Shown in pieces: positions 34,394 through 45,545 of a stretch of DNA of 64,000 bases. How positions within the stretch are numbered: position 1 is the stretch's first letter; each line of letters begins with the position of its first letter. The translations under genes were made by a program, and so were the position numbers. The notes under the pieces are model-generated. The model searched no databases. It saw nothing but the letters and a program-made list of their open reading frames with translations, and had not been told where the DNA came from. This stretch comes from Selaginella moellendorffii (lineage: Eukaryota; Plantae; Lycopodiophyta): NCBI RefSeq assembly GCF_000143415.4, contig NW_003314267.1:1371524-1435523 (forward strand), read 5' to 3'.

Positions 34394-37300
34394 GATGGCA
34401 TGTATTTATTTAAAAATGTAACTTATTATGGCATGGGGTTCCATGCCATTGTATTAATATTAAAAGACAATTCTTTGAGAGGATTTGCATTATACTAGAA
34501 GTGTTATAGCATGTTATTGGAAGTCTACGAAGTTGTTTTATTAATAAGGGGAAAGTAAAGATTGAATGGGGACTTGGGCTCCACCTAGACTCGGAGCAAC
34601 TGAGCCAATATTAAAAGAATGGAAAGAAATTGGACGACGATGACAAGGAGAAGAGAGAGGTGAAGCAGTGGCAGGGGGAGGAGAAGTGATTGAGTAGACA
34701 TTTCCTTGTTTAAAATAAAATGGCATGTGCCTCAATGCAGTTGAATTTTGTTATATTTATATACTATATAAAGGTTTGGAAACCTTATTTTAAAAGTGGG
34801 ATAATGACAATTCCCACTTTAACGAAATAGAGCTTTTGCTTAGTTGCCTCATAGTTGTCAAGTCCTACAACTCATTGCTGGTGCTTCCACACCTCCATCA
34901 TTATCTGGGTCACCACACTCCAACTGCATGCTTTGCTGCTTAGGCTATGCCATTCCCATTTCCATTGGGATTCCTTTGGCAAGGGGTTCTCATGAACCCA
35001 CCAGCATAGCCTCAAGGTATTACACCTTGGCACATTTGGTGTCTCCACACCATTGGCTTCACGAGCCTACCTCTATGACACTTCTTCTTTGTGTCTAAGT
35101 CTCTGCCAAAACCAATACCACTCTTTCTCATGCCAACCATTTGTTAGCACTGCACCATAGAGGTCACACACAACTTTGTGTCAAAGTTGTTTTCTTTTTG
35201 GGAACACCTTTCCCACTACTTTAGCATGGCACATTTTGCCATCGATGAAATACCCTCTGTTCTCATCCTTGGATCCTATGATCCCCCCCCCCCCATCCTT
35301 CGTGGGGTACAACACACCTCAGTCCAAATGCTTCCATCAGTCCTTTTAGGACCATTCCTTGACTCTACTTGAGTCATCCAGCAGTTTTGGACTTGGTTAA
35401 TCCATAGACCCGTAAGGCCTCACTTGTGAGGCACTAGCTCACTGGAATATACTTCCTGCATTCCTGTCTTACTCAGAAGGACTATTTTCACAAGTGTTAC
35501 TCTGACACTTGTTTTTGTTCTCTGGGCCAACCTCTGCCCCTTAGGACTACTTGTCCATGTGATGAGAATACCAACTCATCTCTAAATACACCCCCCAACT
35601 CCTTGGGTTGTTCCAGCATTTATTAAAGGTAGCCCCGGCTACCATTTCAAGGACATGAGTCCTCTTCCGTATTTGACCTCCCACAGTCATTACTTCTGGT
35701 TTCACATTCATGAGCACCAACCTCAACTATATGAGGATAATCTTGTGACTCCCTTATTGCTTTGGAGTCTTTATCTTTCCTGTGATCCCAACTTTAGTTG
35801 TTTACCACAACTACATTGTGTAAATGACTAATTTTTCCATTCTACTTTAGTCACTTAACCACACCTCCGACCACTTGGAGGAGTCTCATTCACAACCTCC
35901 ATAAGCCCAACTCAGGACTTGGGGCTTGCTAGCCCCGAGAATGGCATCCATGCCACTCAACCTTAGCACTTGGTCCAAGTGCTCCACGTGTCCGATCCCA
36001 TGATCGACACCCCAAGGTACCACCGATGTATCGGCCCGTTACACTAAGGCCATGCCCATTTACCTTGGTCACACTGGTGGTCCAACACCACCTACATTCC
36101 AATCCCGTCTCTCAAAGACTAGGTCATCCATCCACGAGTGATCATCCCAGATCCACTCCTTAACATCCTTAGGATGCCTACAGACATGGGGAATAGCCTT
36201 CCCCAAAATCTCTGTTCCGGTCCCCACCAAGTCCCTTTCTGTCCTTGGTTGTGTTTGCCAACACTACCACTGGATCAAGGCCCACCGGCCCGACCACTAA
36301 GTCCCACTATCCTCTAGGACTTCCTCACCATGTGACCGTATCCTTGGTCACTACATTAGAGGCCTACTCCTCTTCCCTTTCACCGTTTGGGACTTTGGGA
36401 CAACATTTCGGAACACCGTGGCCTTACGCAAGCCTCATGGGTACTCTCCCCACCTTTCACCTTTAGGTGCTCTAGCCATGGGCTTAGAGCGAGGTTCCGT
36501 TGAGCCACGACAGGTATCCAAGTAGGTAGTGCCACCCACACTTGGACTGGGAGCATTGGCCAGTCGATCTCCCGGGGGAACTAGAGCCAGCTCTTGAACA
36601 CTTCACCAAGCTACCCCGCTTGTCGGTCCGTGTTCACTCTAGTCTTGGACTTCCCAGTGGGCAGCTCATCACCCAACAGTGGGTCCGGCCTTCCTGGGCC
36701 AAACTGGCCTTTCTTGGCCAAACTAGCTCCACTGCAGTCCTCCCCCTACTATACTTTTGGAGCTCACCAAACCCCCCAGGGTCTGGGAGACGAACGCTTT
36801 GGGCTTTCATCCTCTCAGACTCGGACTCGGACTCGGACACGGACTCGGACTCGGACTCGGACTCGGACTCGGACTCGGCCTCGGCCTCGGTCTCGGTCTT
36901 GGTCTCGGTCCCGATCTCGGTCTCGGTCTCGGTCCCGGTCTCGGTCTTGGTCTCGGTCTCGACTTCGGACTCCATCTCGGATCCATCTCGGACTCCATCT
37001 CGGACTCCATCTCGGGTCCATCTCGGACTCTATCTTGGACTCCATCTCGAGTCCATCTCGGGTCCACCTCGGACTCCACCTCGGACTCCACCTCGGACTC
37101 CATCTCGGGTCCATCTCGGACTCCATTTCGGACTCCATCTCGGGTCCATCTCGGACTCCATCTCGGGTCCATCTCGGACTCCATCTCGAGTCCATCTCGG
37201 ACTCCATCTCGAGTCCATCTCGGGTCCACCTCGGACTCCACCTCGGACTCCACCTCAGACTCCATCTCGGGTCCATCTCGGACTCCATTTCGGACTCCAT

Positions 37301-40300
37301 CTCGGGTCCATCTCGGACTCCATATCGGACTCCATCTCGGACTCCATCTCGGACTCCATCTCGGACTCCATTTCGGACTCCATCTCGGACTCCATTTCGG
37401 ACTCCATCTCGGACTCCATTTCGGACTCCATCTCGGGTCCACCTCGGACTCTATCTCGGACTCCATCTCGGACTCCATTTCAGACTCCATCTCGGACTCC
37501 ATTTCAGACTCCATCTCGGACTCCATCTCGGGTCCATCTCGGACTCCATCTCGGACACTTCCACGTGTCATGTGTTGGTCCTTTTTGGGTCCCTTTTTGG
37601 AGCCTCACCTATGGCTCGCTTCGTGCTCATTCCTCGAGCCCTTTGTTGGGAGTTCCACTCCCGCTCTTGACTTTTCAAGTCGGAGCTTTTGGTCCAAACG
37701 TGTTACGCTCGTTTGGCTCTCGCTTCAGCCACTACCCCGTGGCACCCTTCCGGCTCCACTTTGGGGCCTAGGGATTTTGTGTCTCACAACTCCACCACCC
37801 ATAGACGAAGTTTGATGTCCTCATCGAACGGTAAACCCTTTCATAAAGTAACAACCGCATGTGTTACCATTTCCATCCTTGGCACCCAGCCAATATTTGT
37901 CTATGGTTTGACACCAAAGGCTCACAATGCCTTGTCCATCCTCTAAGGAGCATAGTCCCTCCAACATAGCGACTCATTCGGCCACCTGGGGCGGTTTGCT
38001 CCCTTTTATTGGTTCAGTTCTCACTAAACCTGTTAGAGACACCTTCTCTAACTTAATTCCACTACTCATTCTCGAGTAGTCTCAGATTCCATCGACATAA
38101 CCTCTGCACTTTGGAACTTTTAATTTTGACTTCTCAGAGTCAATTTCCTAGGTGTCTCTGACACCTTCCATTGCACATGGTGCAACTCCACTTCCCCATC
38201 CTGGGAAGTTCTTTACTTGAGGGCACTATCATCCTCTCTTCGATATCACGCCACCTTTGGCACTAAGTTCCAGTTATTATAATTTGTGCTAGGGCGGCCC
38301 ACGACCCTATTATTTGGCTACCTTACTCCCCCTTGGAGCTTCTACTTTCGCCAAATCGGAGCGGTTGGGAATCCATCCTTGGGAAAATATTGCCTTTCCC
38401 ACAATCCATTAGCACCCAACACATTAGTGTTCTCGGCCTAACTTTGCCATTTGGATTCTTTCCCCTGATTCCCATGGCTCTTTTCTTAGCCACTAGTCTT
38501 ATGCTCCTATCCTTGATTGTTGCATCCAGCAACATAGGATCGCTACCTCCATTTTCGAGGTATCCTTTCGGTTCCTTAGCAAAGACTCTCCTTTGCCAAG
38601 TTCGGAGGGTGTTCACCCCTAGTAAGTCTCTTTAGCATCTTCTGCTATGGGTTCTATCCACGGCCCAACTTTGTGACCCTCCCATGGGTCTCTTTAGAGA
38701 CTACTTTCCTTGGACACACTATGCCATCGCACTGACATAGCTCATTTCCCTAAGGTGCTTTTCCCCACTTGGTCACCTTGACCAAGCCACACCATCATCA
38801 ATAGTTCAAATCAACACTTTGAACTAGGAACCTTATTCCTTAACCCAAACAAGGACCTTGTCCTTATTTAGCCACAAGATCACCTAGTGATCTCACCTCG
38901 GCACCAGGTACTAGGTCTTCCAGACCTTTAACTTGTTAACTACGACCCCGGGGGCATCCCCCACACTTGGCGGTGCGCCCAAGCCAGCCCTTCCGGCCAA
39001 GGGTCCATAGCAACTGAGATTAGGTGTCCCCATCTCACTCACCACGTCCTTGGTGCCACTTGCACCAAAGCGTTCAAGTTAGATATGCCGAGCTTTCACA
39101 CCAAGCAATCTAACTGTGCATCACGACTCCGAGGCATCCCTCGCTTGGCGGTGTGCCCAAACCAGTCTCCCCACTGAGAGTCCATGACCACCGAAATATG
39201 AGTGTCCTCATATTCCAAACCATCACCACGCCCTAGTGATTTGGGACTCGAACCCAAGCACTAGAGGGTCGGGACTCGAACCCAACCTCCGTATATGCAT
39301 CTACGGACGGCATCACACCGGATGCCTGGCGTGACTCCCCACGCCGGTGCACCAACCTATATTTAAAGCGCGCTACAGATCACAGCTTAGGAATCTAGTT
39401 CCTTCGCACTGCCAAGTCCTCTCACTTGACAAGCCTGTGATCATGCATGGACTCCTCCATGCTCGGCCCCATGGGCCACCCCCTTTGAAGTTGGCTCCTT
39501 CAACTAGGGTATTCGTTCCCCCCGACTTGCCAATCTCACTTAGCAAGTCATCCGGCCACTGTAATATGGTTCATGCACCGGCGTGAAAGCCCTTGATCCT
39601 CGACTTTCGTTCAAAGCCTTCTCTTTGAACACTCGGGAACTACTTCCCTAACCTTGATAGCCTTGCCTCATGGCAAGCTTCAAGACCACGCTTTTGCTGC
39701 GCCACTCTGATTTCGCGCGTTCCTTGAACCATTTACGTTTGGCCTTTCTAGGTACTAAGCTACCTAGAATCCTCTTTGGGAACCTTGAAGGAACTCTGTC
39801 CCTTAGCTTGCTAAGGCCCCCCTTTTTGCAAGCTTTCCAATTACCATATAGCCTAACATGGACAATTCCATATTTTAGACTCTCCATGGCATCACGGTTG
39901 CTAGCGGCAACACCCTCGAGCCCCCACTTGATTCTCCACTCCCAGCTGGCATAACCAACCTTGGTTATGCCCTTCGATTCCTATGGTTCGGTTCTATCCC
40001 CTTACTTCTTGCTTTTGGCTTCACACTTTTCCTTTAGTCATTCTCCTCCAGACCAGGAGGATAGCTTTGCACTTTTTATCATGCCTTAGCAAGTATTCTT
40101 AGGGATGGACCTACCCGATAGCCTAGGGAGTGGTTCCTCAATCCGGGTTTGCTCACCTTGTAATCCCATACCCTAGGATTACCGTTGCTACTTGTGGGCC
40201 TTTATATGCCCATCCCTAGCCTTGCCAAAATCCCATTTAGCTTTGTCTAATTTGGGTAGACGGACTTCTCCCGTCTCCACAACCTTGGACATTTGGATAG

Positions 40301-41763
40301 CACCTTCTATCCTTCATTCGCTAGGGACTTTGTCCCTTGGGCATTATCCATTGCCCTCATGACACCAAACACCACCTTCTGGTATTCTAGAGTGCTTAGG
40401 TGTCCTAATGATGGCATTTTTGGCAATGAGCATTCCCTTTACGACATTGACTTACTATCTCGCAGCATAAACAATTTATCCCTCATAAGGGTACATCTAG
40501 CTTCTTTTACCCCAATAAGAAGTCTTAGGTAGTTACGTTCTACCAGTTTAGCCAATTACTAGTTGCCTCATAGTTGTCAAGTCCTCCAACTCATTGCTGG
40601 TGCTTCCACACCTCCATCATTATCTGGGTCACCACACTCCAACTGCATGCTCCACAGCTTAGGCTATGCCATTCCCATTTCTATTGGGATTCCTTTGGCA
40701 AGGGGTTCTTATGAACCCACTAACATAGCCTCAAGGTATCATACTTTGGCACATTTGGTGTCTCCACACCATCGGCTCCACGAGCCTACCTCTATGACAC
40801 TTCTTCTTTGTGTCTAAGTCTTTGCCAAGACCAATACCACTCTTTCTCATGCCAACTATCCGTTAGTACTGCCTTATAGAGGTCACACACAACTTTGTGT
40901 CAAAGTTGTTTTCTTTTTTGGGAACACCTTTCTCATGACTTTAGCATGGCACATTTTGCCATCGATGAGATACCCTTTGTTCTCATCCTTGGATCCTATG
41001 ATCCCCCTCCCCATACTTTGTGGGGTACAACACACCTCAGTCCAAATGCTTCCATCAGTCCTTTTAGGACCATTCCTTGACTCTACTTGAGTCATCCAGC
41101 AGTTTTGGACTTGGTTAATCCACAGACCAGTAAGGTCCCTGGAGAAGGGAGAAAAAGACAAGCTCGAGGATTCAAGCTTAGGAAAGTAAACTTGAGAGGT
41201 TCAAGGTTAGGACTGTATTCCTAACCTTGATGTGAGCAGTAGAGACTATAAAAGTAGGACTTAGAATGTTTTTAGACTTATCCCTAATACAAAATACATT
41301 GCAATACATCGTCATTCTGCCTATCTCTTTGGCTATTCACAGCAATGTCTTACTTACCCACCGCCTTCAAGGGATCAAAGGCGTGGGACTAGCACCTTCA
41401 AGCTCTTGTTCACAGTTTCTACTTGGCTTGGCACAAGCAGGTAAGTGCACTCTTCTCATAGTGTAGTTTTAGATTTAGGGACTAGATTAGATTTGAATCT
41501 CCTAGGAAGATCTCGTGTGGACGTTTTCCTCCCAGTCCAGAGAGTCCAGGAGTTTTCACTGGCGACCACGGTGGGATAGAGCAGATCAAGACGATCATTT
41601 TCCCCAAAACTTCAAGGAAAACGGACCAAAGACTCTCAAGAAAATGGCATAGGAAGAAAAAGCCCCAAAAATCAAGAAAAAGAAGACCGTAAAACAAAAA
41701 CGGTGGAAGAGCATGAAGGAATGAAGAAAAAAATGGAGCGTAAGACCAAAAGATGAAGAACAC

Positions 41764-42240
41764 TTGAAGATTGAAGCCACCCAAGTCGTGGAAAACTTGG
41801 AGCGTACGCGTAACTGTTTTTGGCGAGAGGTTGAAGAAAGCAAATATTCCAAGAATCTGCGAGAAGGAAACGACCAAGGGAAAATTCTAGCGGCTGGAGA
41901 TGGAGGAAGAATGAAAAAGCACGACTGCCCATTTGGAGACACAAGCTATACAAGATACGAGGACTGCCTTTTGTGTGGTTTCAGAAATTGTGCAAAACCG
42001 TACAAGCAATGCTATCCAAAATGGCAATGTGACACTTGCAAGCAAGCAAAAGCTAGACTTCGAATCAAGGATGAAAATGCCATAGCGGAGGAGAGAAGAA
42101 AACGAGAAGAAATAGCCCAAGAAAATGACACTAAAAAGAGAGACGATAGTTTAGAACAAGCAGCGAAACAAAGCTTTAGTTGCTTACAAAAACTTCAAGA
42201 AATGATTCTGCGACTCTTCTACAAATTGTCTAGCAAATAG
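41764..42240 (+). CDS. Extra 5' ORF of D, Cys-rich plus coiled coil, function unknown
   Basis: 158-aa ORF containing CPF..CLLC..C..C..CDTC; no clear ATG at the called start. Confidence 0.4.
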   Translation: MKIEATQVVENLERTRNCFWREVEESKYSKNLREGNDQGKILAAGDGGRMKKHDCPFGDTSYTRYEDCLLCGFRNCAKPYKQCYPKWQCDTCKQAKARLRIKDENAIAEERRKREEIAQENDTKKRDDSLEQAAKQSFSCLQKLQEMILRLFYKLSSK

Positions 42241-42322
42241 GAAGGATGCAAAAATGAGGAAATGTTGAAAGAAAAAATATGTTTACTTCGATTTCTTTGC
42301 AACTCGAAGAATCCTGACTTGG

Positions 42323-43108
42323 GTGTATCGCGGACACCTCTTTCAACAAACAATTGTCGAATTCCTAGGCATACACAAACATGAAACTTTTCAACCATTA
42401 ACGCTTGCTTTCAACACTGATTTGATGAGAGTCATAGCAGCAACAGAGTGTGGAACCTTTGAACCACAAGTTCGATGGTTTGTGGACACTCTTAGATTTA
42501 GAGATTTCGAAGAGAACGCGGAATTACTTTACCGACTTCTTCAAAGTCCTCTTCGTGTAACGCTACCAACAAGCACTCTTATCGAACTATATACTATAGC
42601 ATATTGGCACCGTTTAGGACGGACGAGAATAGCTGGGGAATTAAGAAATCAAGGCCATCAACAAAATCGAATTCAGAATTCGAGATTAAGAAACCGACGG
42701 GACCCTGAACTTGAATCAAGTTCAAGGGAACGACTTGGAAACTCGAGGATAACAAGTCGAAGGAGGAGAAATTTAAGACAGGATCACAATAGGCCAAGAT
42801 TAAATACAGTACCAAACTTCAACTTTGACACTGAGGTCCAACGCCGAAACCCCAGCCTAGAGCGACATATCATTCGCAACCAACAAGGAAGAGTGCGTCC
42901 AAGCAGTCTCAACATTTTGAGGAGTATTTTAGGAGATCCTGCATCAAGGATTCAAACTTATAATGCAAGAGTATTAATTGAGACTATCCCTTGGGAAGTT
43001 CGTGAAGCGATTGACTCTGATCGTGAAAGAGAACGTGCTATACGACTAAGGGAAGTAGAACACCACCGGCAAGAACAGCATCAGGGAAATGCACCATCAC
43101 GAAATTGA
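42323..43108 (+). CDS. Extra 5' ORF of D, Arg-rich, function unknown
   Basis: 261-aa open frame upstream of gag. Confidence 0.45.
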   Translation: MYRGHLFQQTIVEFLGIHKHETFQPLTLAFNTDLMRVIAATECGTFEPQVRWFVDTLRFRDFEENAELLYRLLQSPLRVTLPTSTLIELYTIAYWHRLGRTRIAGELRNQGHQQNRIQNSRLRNRRDPELESSSRERLGNSRITSRRRRNLRQDHNRPRLNTVPNFNFDTEVQRRNPSLERHIIRNQQGRVRPSSLNILRSILGDPASRIQTYNARVLIETIPWEVREAIDSDRERERAIRLREVEHHRQEQHQGNAPSRN

Positions 43109-43811
43109 TCATAGAGAAAATTGCGCTGGATAAACCCGCACACACATAGGCTTAAAGCAGCAAGAATCTGTTGGAAACTATATTGTGACGTGTGAACATC
43201 ATTAGAGACTAGAAACATACGAGAATTAGGACATTAAAATACAACTACTGCTGTATTCAGCATTTTCAAATACTACCAACGACTGGGAAACACAAACACT
43301 CTTAGTGAGAGCTCGCATTCCAGTACGACCAAGATATTGTAAGAGACCAAAACAATTGTTCAAGAATTTAGATAAGATTGGACTCCTAAAGAGAGTTGCA
43401 ATCGTTTGCATACCTGCTCGATCCCAAACTTGGAGAGCAGCACCAAATATCACTAGCGAACAGCTACACCGATCAATTTATGACACAACCGACCTCCTTC
43501 CACAAACAAAATCGTACTTACATACACCACCAGATTTTTCAAATACAAGACCTTTTCTGAGCTAGATACAGGAAAGTGACCTCGAAAAGAAACTCGGGAA
43601 GAATCGAGAAAGAAAAACTCGATTGAAGACTCAAGACACAAGAGCTTGACTTCGTATTTATACAACAAAACCAAACTTGCAACAGACTCAAGACGTAAGA
43701 GCTTGACTTTGCAATCTATGAAGAACAACATTTGACTCAAGACAATTTAGGCAACACATAAATTCAGGAAACTTACCTCAACATTCACGTTGAGAAGACT
43801 CAGCAAATTGA

Positions 43812-44933
43812 ATGTACAAACACAAACCAGACCCAATCAAGATCCGGGAAAGAGATCTTCGACAAAAGAATCGAGAAGTGAAAAAGGAAGGGATAGAAAA
43901 AGAGAAATTAGAACAACAACAGCAACAAATTTTAGAAACGATATTAGAGAAGTACGACAAGGAGGATAAAGAGATTCAAGTTGCCGAGTCGAGCAACCCA
44001 GTTAAAGATAACAAAGAACTAAATATCGAAGACACCCCAAAGTTTGAGGCATTTGAAGAAGCAGAATACATAGCACCAAAGTTTTACTTAAATCCAGACT
44101 CACCAGAACAACAATTTCACCAACAAAGTCTACAACTTCAAATGGCAATCATCAACCCAGCGACAGCCATAGGGAACATGATTTCTTATCCCATTTTTAC
44201 CGGTGGAAAAACCGAAGATGCGAACCAGCATCTCAAACAATTTGATCAAATTGTAAAGATGAACAAACAGGAAATGCATCGGGAAATACTTTTCCCATAC
44301 ACACTTAAGGGAAAAGCACTCGATTGGCATAATACACTCGATGATGCTTTGACCCATGATGAAAAGGTCACACAATTCAAGGAGCAATTCCAGACCGGTG
44401 GAACTCCAGAAGAACACTATGAGATCATCAAAAACTTTAAGCAAAAATCACGTGAAGGAATTCAAGATTACACTCGAAGATTTAAGTTTCATGCAAAGCG
44501 CTGCAAGGATTTGATAACAGATAAAGGAAAGAGCTTATCCTATATCCAAGGACTAAAAGAAATCTATAGAAACATGGTAGCAATTGCTGCTACAACAGAG
44601 AATCCAGATGATGAAAGTGTTGATACACTCTCCAAAGAAATCCTCACATTGGAAAAGAGATTCAAGCAATTTACAAAAGCTATACCTTCACAAATCGATG
44701 ACGGTTCAGATGATGAAGAAGAGGAAGAAATACGCATTAAGACAAAGAAGAAAACACCAAAAGACCAAGACTTGAAGGATATAATCAGGAAAATCTCACA
44801 AACCGAACTCAAAGCAGGAGTGTGGTGTACAAAATGTAAAAACGAGGGACATACATATTCGGAATGCAAGTTACAGCTTCCAAAGTGTCAAATTTGTGAA
44901 AGAGAAGGCCATACAGCCAAGAAATGCCGATAG
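43812..44933 (+). CDS. gag: Gag of element D with two CCHC knuckles
   Basis: PIFTGGKTEDANQHLKQF..FPYTLKGKALDWH..FKQKSREGIQDYTRRF; CTKCKNEGHTYSEC and CQICEREGHTAKKC. Confidence 0.9.
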   Translation: MYKHKPDPIKIRERDLRQKNREVKKEGIEKEKLEQQQQQILETILEKYDKEDKEIQVAESSNPVKDNKELNIEDTPKFEAFEEAEYIAPKFYLNPDSPEQQFHQQSLQLQMAIINPATAIGNMISYPIFTGGKTEDANQHLKQFDQIVKMNKQEMHREILFPYTLKGKALDWHNTLDDALTHDEKVTQFKEQFQTGGTPEEHYEIIKNFKQKSREGIQDYTRRFKFHAKRCKDLITDKGKSLSYIQGLKEIYRNMVAIAATTENPDDESVDTLSKEILTLEKRFKQFTKAIPSQIDDGSDDEEEEEIRIKTKKKTPKDQDLKDIIRKISQTELKAGVWCTKCKNEGHTYSECKLQLPKCQICEREGHTAKKCR

Positions 44934-44953
44934 TCCAGGTAATACAATGGAAG

Positions 44954-45545
44954 NNNNNNNNNNNNNNNNNNNNNNNNNNNNNNNNNNNNNNNNNNNNNNN
45001 NNNNNNNNNNNNNNNNNNNNNNNNNNNNNNNNNNNNNNNNNNNNNNNNNNNNNNNNNNNNNNNNNNNNNNNNNNNNNNNNNNNNNNNNNNNNNNNNNNNN
45101 NNNNNNNNNNNNNNNNNNNNNNNNNNNNNNNNNNNNNNNNNNNNNNNNNNNNNNNNNNNNNNNNNNNNNNNNNNNNNNNNNNNNNNNNNNNNNNNNNNNN
45201 NNNNNNNNNNNNNNNNNNNNNNNNNNNNNNNNNNNNNNNNNNNNNNNNNNNNNNNNNNNNNNNNNNNNNNNNNNNNNNNNNNNNNNNNNNNNNNNNNNNN
45301 NNNNNNNNNNNNNNNNNNNNNNNNNNNNNNNNNNNNNNNNNNNNNNNNNNNNNNNNNNNNNNNNNNNNNNNNNNNNNNNNNNNNNNNNNNNNNNNNNNNN
45401 NNNNNNNNNNNNNNNNNNNNNNNNNNNNNNNNNNNNNNNNNNNNNNNNNNNNNNNNNNNNNNNNNNNNNNNNNNNNNNNNNNNNNNNNNNNNNNNNNNNN
45501 NNNNNNNNNNNNNNNNNNNNNNNNNNNNNNNNNNNNNNNNNNNNN
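44954..45545. other. Assembly gap
   Basis: Run of 592 N. Confidence 1.

Larger units (their letters stand above)
12398..34741. repeat. Dispersed 22-bp palindrome ATGGCRTGWGGCCWCAYGCCAT (at least 22 copies)
   Basis: Copies start at 12398, 12487, 13087, 13247, 13393, 14734, 14791, 16394, 25557, 25655, 27222, 28068, 28852, 28929, 28989, 30265, 31764, 31905, 33276, 33351, 34428, 34720. Confidence 0.9.
11857..34834. mobile_element. Large TIR DNA transposon S (Sola-like), ~13.9 kb without the nested element B
   Basis: 23-bp TIRs AGCTCTATTTTGTTAAAGTGGGA (11857-11879) and TCCCACTTTAACGAAATAGAGCT (34812-34834), 22/23 match. They enclose a DDD transposase, a cargo gene and all copies seen of a 22-bp palindrome. 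The terminal AGCT may be a 4-bp TSD. Confidence 0.8.

Noticed and set aside
12398-34741. Palindromes as a CRISPR array
   Set aside because: Irregular spacing, no spacer periodicity, no cas genes, eukaryotic context.
36542-37815. Long RS/SD/GLHL-repeat ORFs, also at 23243, 48288, 50077-51214 and 53500
   Set aside because: Stop-free readings of the LTR minisatellite in several frames and on both strands; not SR proteins.
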